Source: Camelus ferus (taxonomy: Eukaryota). From it: a DNA stretch of 64,000 nucleotides. The stretch spans positions 31,374,001 through 31,438,000 of the forward strand of contig NC_045696.1 in NCBI RefSeq assembly GCF_009834535.1, read 5' to 3'. Each line of letters opens with the position of its first letter. Positions within the stretch are counted from its first letter, which is position 1. Made by a program: the position numbers and the translations under genes. Positions 51,786 to 64,000 of this stretch are shown here, piece by piece. Under the pieces are notes generated by a model. It was not told where the DNA came from. It ran no database searches and saw only the letters and a list, made by a program, of their open reading frames with translations.

Positions 51786-54439
51786 ACCTATATACTGAAT
51801 TGAAGACTAGCAAACCGTTTTCACAGCCCTTCAGCAGATTCTGAAGAATCTGATGCACAATTAAGGCTGAAAGCCACTGAATTAGACAAACCTTGTCTAA
51901 ATCTAAATTAAAGGAATGGGGGAGTACCGTCTTACCAGAGCTCCAAAGAGAATCAGGAACATTTGGTGGCCAGTAATAGTGAATACTCATGAGTTAAAAT
52001 ATGAGGAAAATACAATTGTGGTTGAGCACTAGCCCATGTCTTCTATAATCTTTACTATGAAAAATTTTTACTGCACATTTATTAAAAGGGAAGACTTGCA
52101 CTACAAAGAAGTGATATGAACTGAGGACTCAGAGCACACAGTATAGCTGGAGAGGCAGAGTGACTGAGTAGCAACATGAAGCCACTTATGGTAAGTGCCT
52201 ACATGGCCTTGCCCATCAACTCATATGGGCTGGTTGGCCAGAACCCTGTGTTGAGGGTTCTGGGATCATTATCATGTGCATTACTAAAGAATGCTAAGAT
52301 CAGTCCAATTAGGAATGTTCACATGGCTAGAGAGGGGGAGAAGGGCCATATGCCTTGACTTTGCTAACCCTACTTAACAAAAAAGTGAGGGGTGGTATGA
52401 AAATAATTTAGGTTTTGAAGGTGAAAAGTGAGGATAATCACAATGGGCAGTTTTCCTAAGGATCTGTTACATATGGCTCTTGTAGAAAAAGTTTCAGAAA
52501 TGGTAGTGGAAAGGAAAACACTTTCCTCTAAAACAGTAGATCCTGTATGGCTTGCTCTTATTTTCAGTTGCATCATTATTAAGCCAGCTTCTCTCTTTTC
52601 TTCTTAGCACACACAAATAGTCTTTCTGCCTCAATGCATTCTGGGTCCTCTCTTTTCTTAAGCATACCATTTTGTCTATCCCTAGTTGCTTTATCATTCT
52701 GTGTCCCTAAAAGGTAATAGCTTTTCTGCCTTTTGTTGTTGTTGTTCTGTATCTACCCTCCTGAGTAAAACCTCATGATGTATTCCTTTACTCCACTACC
52801 ATTGTTTTCTTGTAAGCAATATTTTAAAGCTGATCTGACTTAATTCTAACATCTAAGGAATCTTAGTATTACTTTTTCTTTCTAACCCTCATCCCCCAAA
52901 ATTAGACTTGTTAAATATTGGTGATGTGAGCTTGTCAAAAGATAATGAGACTGATGGCAATTTCCAGTTAAATATTCTCCTTAAGCAAGTATATATGTAT
53001 ATGCATATATATAACACCTCTACAAACTATTTTATAATTTATAATAGAATTGAAATATCATCCATGATTCACAAATGTAAACAAAGTGATCAGTTATATT
53101 TTTAAAACAATATTCAATCACAATCTTAACGTGTTTTCATTTAATCTGTGATACACTTTATATACAGCACATTTATAAGGGTTCTCCCTATATTTTATAA
53201 ATGACTTGTAAAATACCTTGTTATATTGTCAGATATGAAAATTGTCAATGCAATAAATAATAGTGAATTGGGTAACTAAGACTGCTAACATTTAGTTACA
53301 ACTTTTCATTCTTTTAATGTTCTATTTTAATTTTTCACTGGTCATCCACTTGGTTTTAAAGCTTATTTTATATAAATTTAAAGATATTTGCTACTAGCAG
53401 TACTTTATATATTCATAAATATGCATACAAAACATGAAAAATCTAAAAACAGCTACTTATAAAGAATACCACATTAAGTTAGAAGTTATAAAAATAAATA
53501 CTTCAGTAAATACATATTTTAATCCATCAAATTTTAAAATAAGCATTTCTTTCTCCAAAAATCCTCCAATCAGGTTCTGTATGATGGAAATTTGTTTAGT
53601 TGTTTAGAGCAAAATAGTAATACTTACTTTTCTATTTGGGAAGTGCATTATATGCAGCTAATTTTGTTGAGTGCTTCTAAGCATACATAATCCTAACAAT
53701 GCCATCCAAAGAGTAGACTCATCTTTTGCAGCAAAGGGGAAAGAGAATTCACCCTAATTACTGCTCACACATGTAGAATATTTAGAATATTCAACCTCTA
53801 CACCATGAAGTTCACCCTTGAAAAACGAAATCTCATCAGCTTATCACATCTCTCTCTCTTTCTCATTCAACAGCCTGGTAGGAGAATTTGCAGTCTCAAA
53901 TTCTGGAAAGTAAAAGGCATTTTCCTTTCCAGAAAAGAAAGCCTGGTATTGTCAGGGGAACAAACATTTTGAAGCCAGATGGTGAAGCAAAAATAAAAGT
54001 GAAAGGCAGAACAGAGACAAAGAGAGAAATCTAGTTGGAGACATTAAGCAAAAGATTAGACTAGTCTTTATTTTAACATATGTATTCCTGCACGCTTTTC
54101 ATTTATGCTTGAAAATTAATTTCCTTCATTAATATAGTTGCTTTCATTTGAATTTTTTGCGACTTATGATAAGCATATAGTTGACTTTGGAGTGGTATCA
54201 TCTGGTCTGTTTATCTCACAAGGTTATAGTTATGATTAAATGAATAATGTTCATCTCATCATATTATAAACTAAGGATAGGTCAATTTCATTAATATCAA
54301 AGATATTAAATCATCCTTGTATATCTCAGACAAACAGTACTTGACTATCTTGTATATATTTGCTTGTTTAATACATTACTGTAGACTTCATTTGCTTTTT
54401 TTTATTTTTTAGAAATTCTACTTAGTGATAAGAGCTTTT

Positions 54440-54575
54440 GTTCCAGAGCTGGGTTTTTATTCCAGCACCTACACTTACTATTTGAATGAAGTGGTTTTAA
54501 TACACTTTCTGAGAGTCAAATTTTTATTCTGTAAAGTGGAGCTAATAGCACACACTACACAGGGATTTGCAAAGA
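54440..54575 (+). mobile_element. MIR SINE fragment
   Basis: 'ttccagcacctacacttacta...ctttctgagagtcaaatttttattctgtaaagtggagctaatagcacac'. Confidence 0.6.
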
Positions 54576-54579
54576 ATCC

Positions 54580-56380
54580 TTGAATCAACAAATCTGTTTC
54601 TGATTCCTTTTATCTTCTCTGATGATTATTGGTTTTCCATAGTGTTAGAGCTGCTTTTAGCTTTAGTTTGTCCTTTCTTTTATTTTCTTTGGGTTTACAT
54701 TTTTTGGTTTTCTAATTTGCCTATTTCAATGCTTAGCTCATTTAAATTAAATTCATCTTTTTTTTACATTTTATTCACATAATATTTATATTTATCTCTC
54801 AATAATAGTACTGCTTTAGATGCATGCTACACATGGTGTGTTTATTCTTTTCTTTGTTATTCGGCTCCACAAATTTTAATATTCCCCTTAAGATATATTT
54901 TATATCATAAATTATTTAATCTTACAGTTGGAAGTCTAAAATGAAATCTAGGTTTCCTTTTGTTACTACTTTAGAACTTTATTGAACTATGTTCAGTGAA
55001 ATGTTCTGTACTGTACAATTTGTTGGAATTCCTGGTAAATTGTTGTTAGGCTATCACTTAATGATTTAAAAAATAGTTTTCCGTGGAACCTTAGAGTTAA
55101 CACAAACTCTTTAAAGTTCAGATGTAGAGATGAGCATACACTCATTTCATCAAGCTTATCGAATGTGTGGGTCAAATCTTCTATATCCAACTGTACCATG
55201 TACCAAGACTGACTATGAAGCTATAGAAATGAAGATAGGTAAGATGGTATTGGTGCAGAGGTGTAAAACCTGAGCAATGGAAATAAAGAGATTATAGAAA
55301 TTGACCCAAGGGAGCCTGAATTACAAAAATAATAACACTACTATTAAGAGGGGTTGTGCATGGTATTTTCAATAAATGAAACTGTATCAACTCAGTAGTC
55401 ATATATCTGTATATACTTTTATATACATATATAGACTCCTAATTCACAATATAAAAATTACACATAAGCTATAGATATAAATGTGAAAAGGCAAAATAAT
55501 AAACATTAAGAGTTTTAGAAGACATAGAAAATACATTATAGTGGTCTTGGAGTAGTCAAAGTTTTGTCAAATATGAAACTAAAAAGTTAAACATAAAGGT
55601 AAAACAAAGATAAGGTGAACTATATTAAAATTAACAACTTCTATTCATCAAAAGACACTATTAAGTACATAATTCAGAGTTCTTGTATGAAGAATTTTTA
55701 AAGAACCTATATAATTTAAGGAGAAAAAATTAGATGAATTAGTAGAAAAATAGGAAAAGACTAGCTGCTCACTTACACAAATTAAAGCATTCTTGGTATA
55801 TATTATATTTTAATAAAATAAGTCCTTAACAAATTCTGTCTTGCTTGATGTGTCAGTTGATGTGAATGGAGTACTAATCTGTTTATGGACTTGCCAATTT
55901 CTTCCTTTGATTATAGGATATGAATTATATAATTCTGAGGTTATATCGTGTTTCATACATGTGATGCAATTTTTATTTTATCTTGGTAATAAGAGAATTA
56001 AATTTACTACACTATCTTTTGTTTAGAGACTTTTTTCCTGAGATATATTTTCTTATCCTACTAGTTTGAATTTTTTGAGGTTTTTTTTTTAAATAGAAAG
56101 ACAGTACCAGGTTGGTATTGATTTAATTTGATTTTTAATTTCCAATAAAATATATATATATATCTATTAGGAGACTTTAATATTTATATCTACTGGCATT
56201 ACTGGCTTCCTTGATTTTATTTCTACCATCCTAAACATCCCCAGTTGGGTGTTTATTTGTTTCACTTCTTTATTTGTTTTCTTTCCTGTGTCTTGCTGCT
56301 AAATGTGCTAAAGATAGTATTTATGCATTTCTATTTTCCCTTTTATTTTTTAGAAATTATATATTCCTTTATGTTTTTTA
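54580..56380. mobile_element. Patchwork of old L1 fragments in both orientations
   Basis: Minus: 'actgctttagatgcatg', 'gtcaaatcttctatatcc'. Plus (about 55200-55770): 'gatggtattggtgcagagg', 'aattaacaacttctattcatcaaaagacact'. Confidence 0.6.
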
Positions 56381-56389
56381 GTTTTATAC

Positions 56390-57460
56390 AAGTTTGGTTG
56401 CAATCTGAAGAGAGAAAACACAATGTAGTTTGAACAGGAAGAGTTTAATGTAAATAATGATAATAGGGAGTTAAGATTATAAGAGATTGGCTAGTAGAAA
56501 GTGAACAAAACTCTAAATAATACAGAAATAGCAAATATATCATATTATAAATCATATCAATCATATCGTATACAATCTATTCTAATATACAGTAGCCACT
56601 GTCATTAAGGCTGAGATGGAGTATCCAGGGAAGAGACTCCACTCTAGACCTGGGATTTAGAACTTGTTGGAAAGGGCACAAAACTCAAATTAAGGCAAAG
56701 AAGTTAATGCAGTACCACAGTGATGAAATTTGCTGCAAGTTGTACTTTTGAAACTTGTCAGAAATCTGATCTTGAAGGTACTAGAAAAAGTCATTTATGG
56801 GCAGTTTCTCATTTAAGGCACTACTTGCTGTAAGTTGAATTGTGTTCTCCAAAAGAATATGTTAAAAACCTAACACTTGGAGCTGGTGAATGTGAACTTA
56901 TTTGGAAATCAGGTCCCTGCAGATATCATTAGTTAAAATGAGACCATGCTGAGAAGAGCGAGCCCTCAATTTGATATGATTGGTGTCCTTATAAGAGGAG
57001 AGAGACACAAAGAGAAAAATGTCAAATGAATACACAGAGGCACAGAGGGAAATGATGACCATAGGACAATGGGGATAAAGATTAGAGTGATGACTAAAAT
57101 CAAAGAACACCATGGATTGCCAGCGAACATGAAAAGCTAGAGAAGGAAAAGAAGGAGTCACTTTCAGAGGTTTCAGAGGGAGTATGGCTTGCTGGCCTCT
57201 TGATTTCAAGATTCTAACTTCCAGAACTGGAAACTTCTGTTGTCTTAAGCCAGCAAGTTTGTGGTACTTTGTTATGGTGACTCTAGGAAACCAATAAACC
57301 ACCCAAATTAGGGTGATGGGGGAAGCTGCTGATCACTGAGTACTGCTGGCCAGGCAGGACACTGCAGAAGCTGTTCACGCAGGAGCTAGAGAATCACTCT
57401 GCACCGCGAGAATCTGCTGAGAAAAGGTGTGCAGCCAGGAAGTGAAACCTTTCTCTTGAA
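56390..57460 (-). mobile_element. Ancient ERV LTR (LTR78-like) interrupted by an MLT1 LTR
   Basis: Shares 'gagattggctagtagaaagtgaacaaaactctaaataatacagaaatag' and 'gtagccactgtcattaaggctgagatggag' style blocks with 42447-42840. Confidence 0.5.
56826..57298 (+). mobile_element. MLT1C/D-like MaLR solo LTR
   Basis: 'tgctgtaagttgaattgtgttctccaaaag...gtgaatgtgaacttatttggaaat...tggtgtccttataagagg...tttgtggtactttgttatgg...taggaaaccaata'. Confidence 0.85.
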
Positions 57461-57729
57461 TATTCCAAGGACTTTAGAGTGTTTTAATATCAAATATTCT
57501 CATTTATTGATCTATGTTATGATTTTCTAATAGTTTAATTCCTTTGCTTTTGTAATATCCAATTCAAAATAGTCATTCTTTTTTAATAATAGTCAAGGCT
57601 TATTTGATTTACGTATATGTTTTCAAGTATCTTTTCTCACCACAGCTCACATTTTATATAATAGTTTATTTTAAAAATTAAATATAGAAAAAAGTATAAT
57701 AAAATTTAACAATTTTTTTGATACTTCAT

Positions 57730-59010
57730 ACACAACCCAAGGTTAGTATTACTGTGACACTAAAGCCAGACAACTACTGCAGAAGAAAACTACTTACCAA
57801 TATTCTTCATGAACATAGATACAGAAATTCTTAATAAAATATTCACAAAGTTAATAGCAATAAAAATAATAATATACTCAAACTGAACAGAATGAAAGAT
57901 AGAGTTAACATCAAAAAACTAAATTAATAATCAATTCAATATAATGGGCCATACTGAGTGAGAAAAGGAGATAAAGTATGTCAATATAGAGCATTTAATA
58001 AAACAAAAACACATTCATGATAAAAGCTCTCTGAAAACTTGTAGAAGAAGGGAATTTCCTTGATCTCATCAAAGGCTAAAGCTAACATTATACTTAATGG
58101 TGAAAGACTGAATATTTTCCCCCCAAAATTGAGAACAAGACTAGGGTTTATGCTCTCATCACTTCTATTCAACATTGTACTAAACTACCTAAACCAGTAC
58201 GGTAAGGCAAAACAAACCTTAAAGCACAAAGACTGAAAATGAAGAAGTAAAACATTTTTAAATTTCCAAATGGCACTATCTTCTATGTGGAAAGTTCTAA
58301 AGACTCTACAATAAAATATATTAGAACTAATATAAGAGTTAAGCAAGATGACAGGATACCAAATAAATAAGTAAATTAATTGTATTTAAATATATATAGT
58401 AACAATCAAAAAATGAAATTAAAAGTAACATGACAATGTCATTACAAAAATATATATAAGAATAAATTGAACAACTAACATGTAAGATCTCTACAATAAA
58501 GTCTAGGAAGCATTACTGAGAGAAAAAAAAAACTAAACAAATGTAGAGATACACCGTATTTATGAATTGGGACCTCCATTATTGTTAAGAAGACAATTAT
58601 CTCAAAATTGATTTATAGAGTCAATGCAACCACTATTAAAATGTAATACAACAGAGCGATAAAAAGAATGGACCACCGATAAGTACAATAATATGTATGG
58701 ATCTCCAAATAATTTTAAGTGACAGAAGCCAGACACAAAATTCAACATATCATGTGGCTCAATTATATGTGATTTATATGTAATTTCCAAAAAGGGAAAA
58801 CTATAAATATAGAACAAATATCATTGGTTTCCTGAGGCTGTAATTGGAGACATGGTTTGACTGTAGAGAACATAAAGGAAATTTTAGGAGTTATGCAAGA
58901 GTTTTAAAGCTGGTTTGAGGTAATGTTGCATAATTGTGTAAATTTAATAAACTGATAAAAATACATTAAAATTAAGGAAGTTTGTGATATATAAAATATA
59001 TTTCAAACAA
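57730..59010 (+). mobile_element. L1 ORF2 RT remnant plus L1M 3' end
   Basis: 'ctaacattatacttaatggtgaaagactgaatattttccccc...ctctcatcacttctattcaacattgtacta' (ANIILNGE..LSPLLFNIVL-like), then 'gacagaagccagacacaaaa'. Confidence 0.85.
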
Positions 59011-59049
59011 GATGTAATGATTATTAAAACTTTTCTGCTTACTTTTCTT

Positions 59050-61015
59050 TATAGTTTTAATACAATAATTTTTCATGCCTAATGCTGTATTTAATTTTTT
59101 TGTCTTAAACTATAAACATATTGATTCAGAATAAATATATCTATGACTCATGTTTTTCACTAAAATATATATTTTGAAAAACATTTACAATTTATCCATT
59201 TTTGTTTTGCAACATTATATTGCAAAAATACACCAAAACAAAATTATGCATTCAAATGCTCATGGATATTTGAGCTGTGTATAATTTTTTATTATTACAA
59301 ATAATTCTACTATGGTCATCAGGTGCATAACTGCAAAAAGTTTACCAGCGTATATATGGGTTAGTGAAATTTCTACGTCTTAGGATATGTTTGTTGTAAT
59401 TGTTATTCAAAAGTGTAACAGTAGTTTAAAAAATTTACAACATCACCAAAACTGTATAAATGCATTGCTCTTCCACCTCCGGAAACATCATTGGTATTAT
59501 CATATTTTTAGAATTTGTGGATAGGTTTGTGGTTCATGAAGAGGTATAAGATTACAGTTTTAATTCATGTTTTGTAGCTAACTAATTAAAGTAAACATAT
59601 TTCAAATATTTATTTTCCATGAATGTTCCTATCTGTAGAGTATCTCTTTGCAGATTATGTATCTTCATTAGAAAATATTAATTTCTAAATTCCCATTTTT
59701 CATAAAAAAAGTGTCCATAGATCAAGTGGCTCTATTTCATGGTTCTCTATTTTCCCATACTTGGTAAATAACACATTGTCTTAGCAACTAACTTTCTAAT
59801 CATTATCTGTCTTTGGTAGGTACATTCTCTTTATATCTCTTTCAGGAGTTCCTAGCTATTCTTGGCTTTGGCTTTTCTGCATTTTTTAAAATGCAGTATG
59901 TCAAGTTCCCTCAAAAACCAAATGAACAAACAAAACTAGATGGATTAAAGCTACAGATGGATTAAAGCTCCAAATTGAAGAGCCTCCCAAAATATGAATA
60001 CAATTTCCCTTTCTTCTTATTTTTCAGTATCCTTTAATACTTTATAATTTCATGCTTGCATGTCTTTTACAACTACATCTTATATTTATTACTAGATATA
60101 TATTAAATTTATTGTAAGTGTAATCTTTTATTTGTTTAATGGAGGTACTGGGGATTCAACCCAGGACCTCACATATGCTAAGCATGTGCACTGCCAGCTA
60201 CACCCACCTCCCTGTCTAAGTTTAACCCTTTAAAATTGTATCTTCTAATATATTGCATCTCATTTAAATTAAATCTATTCAATTTTCATAAATTTATTTT
60301 AACTTCCTAACTTTCATAATTATTTTAATCACTTACTTAAAAAAATATTTTATAACTTATTCAGATTTTAATAGAATTTCAACTTCTTTGGGAGATAATT
60401 TTCCTCTCTGATGTATTTTGTGTTTCATAGTAAGTAATTTTTAAAATAATTTCTTATTCTGACATTTTTGTTATGTTAATAATTATTTTTAATCTATTTT
60501 GTTTTTCCTATAGGCATCATATAAACTCAGAATTGCAACACTTCACTACTTTGGCACTATTTTGATTTTGATTTGGTGTTTGGAGTTTCACATAGAACAT
60601 TTTCATCTTTATTTTGTTACTTGGGATTCTTACGTTACATGGATAATGAAAGTAGACTTAAAAATGTAAACCTTCTGATTTATTCTTTCATGTCTTGTAA
60701 GTTTAAGCATGTAGACCTTATTAAAAATTCTTAAAATTGTGTTTATGACATTTTACATAGGCCTGTCTATATTATTATCATTATTATTATTACATGTGTG
60801 TGTACAGTATTCTAGCACCACTTGTTGAAATTCTGTTTCTCCATTGTGTTGCCTTTGCTCCTTTGTCAAGATTAGTTGACTGTATTTATGTGGGTTTATT
60901 TCTGGACTCTACGCTTCTCCATTGATCTGTTTGTCTCTTCTTTACCATTATCACACTGTTTTGATTACTGTAGCTTTATAGTAAGTCTTGAAGTCAGGTA
61001 GTGACAGTCCTCTGC
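59050..61015 (-). mobile_element. Old minus-strand L1 fragments
   Basis: 'ttctagcaccacttgttgaaa...tttgctcctttgtcaagattagttgactgtatttatgtggg...gattactgtagctttatagtaagtcttgaagtcaggtag'. Confidence 0.7.
60125..60212 (-). mobile_element. tRNA-derived SINE, camelid type (Vic-1-like)
   Basis: Reverse strand reads GGGAGGTGGGTGTAGCTGGCAGTGCACATGCTTAGCATATGTGAGGTCCTGGGTTGAATCCCCAGTACCTCCATTAAACAAATAAAA: tRNA-like head, B-box-like GGTTGAATCC, A-rich tail. Degenerate TSD taagtgtaatctttt / taagtttaacccttt. Confidence 0.8.
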
Positions 61016-61084
61016 GATGATATTTTATTCATTTTCTCTTTTCTACTCTTATCTTTCTACCTCAGTTCCATTCCTGAGAGAGCT

Positions 61085-62075
61085 CTAAGAAGAATTCTTT
61101 TAAAAAATGAATTAAATAATACAACTTCTTTAGCTTAAATCTTTCAATGAGTCCTCTTTTTTTTAGGATAAAATACTAAATTAACACAATAATCTAAAAA
61201 TTCTTCCATGTCTTCTTCCTGCCTTCATCTTGAGCTTTTCAGTAATTCTACTTTTGCTCACAGTCACTTTGACTTCTTTAAATTTCTGGAATATACCAAG
61301 ATCTTTCCCCTCTCTGAATTCTCACATTCTTTTCATTTCCTGATTTTTTTTTTTTTTGCCTCCACTGTTAGTTTGACATTCCCTTACTCATCTTTAATTC
61401 AAGTTACTTGCACAAAGAGGATTTCCTGAACACATAATTTGTTCCCTGCCTGTTACATATTTTGAATATATTTGTTAGTCTTTCTTTTTTCTAATCTCTA
61501 ATGTCACTGAGGTTAGTGACCCTGTTCATTCTGCTCAGAGGTATATGCATAGCAAAATATAGATGATTATTTTAAACAATCTAATTTAATAAATGGATGA
61601 ATTTTAAATTAAAAAAACAGGAAACAAAAGCTGAATATTATAGAATTAAAACCCTAACTTTCCAATGATGCCTTTCAATGATTTGGGAGCCTCAGTGGGA
61701 TCCCACTGGTATCTTACCTTATGAATTTCAATCTTTTCTTACTAAAATAGTCACAGTAGTCATGATAAAACATAAGTCAATTCATGTTACTTTGTTAAAA
61801 GTCCTCCAGTGATTTCCCTCCTTACTCAGAATAAAAGCCAAAGATCACACAAATGGCCCATAGTTACCTCTCTGTTCTCACCTCTCTCTCTCTCTCTCAC
61901 TCCAGCAACCTTGGCCTTGCACCCCAGTCATGCTACCATCTCAGACCACTGGTGGTTGCTTTTTTTCTTGCTTGGAATGCCCCAAATGTCTGCTATTTTG
62001 TTTCTTCCTTAACATCAATTCATTATTCAAATTGTGACCTTCTCAGTATTGCCTTTCCTTACCACACAATCTAAT
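61085..62075 (+). mobile_element. L2 fragments
   Basis: 'aaaagtcctccagtgatttccctccttactcagaataaaagccaaag...cactccagcaaccttggcctt...gcttggaatgccc' and 'aataaatggatgaa'. Confidence 0.65.
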
Positions 62076-62934
62076 AAAGAAATCTCTATCTCACAACTCG
62101 CTTAGATGTGAACTTTTGGAATTCTGTGTATGGATTCTCAATGATGTGTTCTCACGTGTGTACTTGTAAGCTTTTTATTTTCGGAGGATGTTACAAGCCA
62201 TGAATTTATCCTACGTGACACAACACAAAGAATAAAATATGTACATTTTCAATTCATAGTTTTAGGTAAAACATTATGTTAAAAAAAGAAAAAATATTAG
62301 AGGCTTAGCACCAAATTTACTTAGAAATTTTACTAATTTAATAAATTGGTAAAAATATTGAAAAATATAAAGGGGCTACAGAGATGGCATTCATCTTTCA
62401 ACTATTCTTATGTTTAGATAGTAAGCATAGTTACTAGCATAGTTAATGAATTATAAATTTTCATATATTCTGTATATTTTAATAATTTTGACAAATAACT
62501 ATGTTTTAGGATATGTGTTCAGTCTTGACTGAAGGCAAAGGAAATCACTCTATGACTTATTAGAGTCTTTTCTGTTAGTTTAATTCTATAAAGTAGCATT
62601 CTTTTCAGAACATGCAAGAAAATAAGCAAAAGATTAGCAGCAAAACGTAGCATAAGTGGATTAGTCATCTGAGCAGTCGTGAAGGTAATCCTTTTTATTT
62701 GGGAGGAAAACACACTAAATGGAGAATTTACACATCTTTGGTATTAAGCTTTATTAATAAAAGGAAGCTGAAAATAATGGGTCTCTGCTTTTTCTGAAAT
62801 ATGACCTTTATTTCAGCATATAGGCTTGAGTATTATATATGATCAAGAATAGTTAACCCTGTGACTATGTGTGACATATAGAAATTAATCAGTCCACAAC
62901 TCATATGTACAATTTGCTAGTCCTTTATCTTGAT

Positions 62935-63368
62935 TACAATTTGAAATTTCATGAACTTCGTGTTTGTTTAAGATGCCATCAGAGAGTGTTGCCTGTTATG
63001 CAGAAAGTGTCAGTCAATGCAACAAACTTCACTGTTGCCTTATTTTAAATTGCCATAGTCACCCCGACCTTCAGCAACCAACACCCTGACCAGTCAGCAG
63101 CCATCAACACTGAAGCAAGACCTTCTCTCAGCAAAAAGATTGCTACTTGCTGAAGGCTCAGACGATGGTTAGCACTTTTTAGCAATAAAATATTTTCTAA
63201 TTAAGGTATGTACATTGTTTTTCAGACATGATGCTGTTGCACATTTGATAGGCCATAGTATAGTCTAAACATAATTTTTATATGCACTAGGAAACCAAAA
63301 AAAAATATTGTGTGACTCACTTGATTGTGATAATCATTTATTGCGGTGATCTGGAGGAGTGCTTGTAC
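62935..63368 (+). mobile_element. Tigger1-family (TcMar) DNA transposon, 3' end
   Basis: 'ccttcagcaaccaacaccctgaccagtcagcagccatcaacactgaagcaagacc...gcaaaaagatt...tgctgaaggctcagacgatggttagcactttttagcaataaaatatttt...tttattgcggtgatctgga'. Confidence 0.88.
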
Positions 63369-63374
63369 AGTCAG

Positions 63375-63591
63375 TGATTTTGCCTGTGGAGCCCTCTAGA
63401 GATGAGGGAGCAAAACATACTGGGTATAGCAGGTCACCATGGCTGAGGACAGTTCTCTAAAGGGGAGCAACAGAGAGCCACAGCAGCAGGAGCAACAGCA
63501 GTTTGGGAAAAGAAATAGGTTCAACTTCTCAGAAAAAGCTATCTAGGAAGAGAGCCAACCACATCCATTACATCATCCAAGTGATTTCTAC
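63375..63591 (-). mobile_element. Old MLT1 LTR fragment
   Basis: 'ggctgaggacagttctctaaagggg...cagcagtttggg...caaccacatccattaca'. Confidence 0.4.
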
Positions 63592-63784
63592 AACCCTGTT
63601 ACTCCTCTGTTTACAATCCCTCAGTCGCTTCCTACAGGCTTCAAATTTAACTCCAAATGACATAACATTGCATGCTTTTGTTCGCTTTCAATTTATCTAT
63701 CTTTACACTCTATCCATATGGATCTTTTTTGATTTTTAAAATGCTATCTTTGACATATATTTGTATCCTTTTTCGAGAAATGGC

Positions 63785-64000
63785 TCTGTGCACAACATAA
63801 AAGTTGAGAGGTATGTTTTATTCGGTGGATACTCTAAGGACTTCAAGCCTGGGAGGCAGCCTCTCAGACTGCTCTAAGAGACTACGCCAAAAGGAGAGGA
63901 GTTAGGAGATATAGTAGCTTTTGCAATAAAGATCAGGTAGTCAGAACATTAAAAGATGACTGTTTATCTCTCCCCCTTTGGAGAGGGCCCACTCTGTGTA
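63785..64000 (-). mobile_element. ERV1-type LTR fragment (MER41/LTR39-like), followed by a possible polypurine tract
   Basis: 'gcacaacataaaagttgagaggtatgttttattcggtgga...aggacttcaagcctgggaggcagcctctcaga'. TTTATT is the polyA signal on minus. 'tctctccccctttgg' is PPT-like on minus. Confidence 0.65.

Noticed and set aside
60125..60212. tRNA gene
   Set aside because: D-arm region degraded, with A-rich tail and TSD, so it is a SINE.

Overview
AT-rich, CpG-poor mammalian genomic DNA that looks intergenic or deep-intronic. A tRNA-derived SINE and young L1 3' ends point to a camelid or related cetartiodactyl (inference). I found no intact protein-coding gene, RNA gene or CRISPR array. The one gene-derived feature is a degenerate, intronless SRRM1 (SRm160) retrocopy at about 8562-11089 (+). 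It is joined directly to the 5' part of a MaLR (MLT1) LTR and keeps an unusual number of CpGs. The rest is mostly transposon fossils: L1/HAL1, L2, MIR, many MLT1 LTRs, other ERV LTRs, MER5/MER58 and Tigger1. There are also microsatellites, short tandem duplications and several strong inverted repeats. Most ORFs in the track are chance or repeat-derived. Repeat families were assigned from remembered consensus sequences, and their boundaries are approximate. I see no evidence of a new multi-gene system. The best leads are the LTR-retrocopy junction, the CpG retention, a two-register hairpin at 4069-4169 and an LTR with intact YY1/TATA/polyA motifs.
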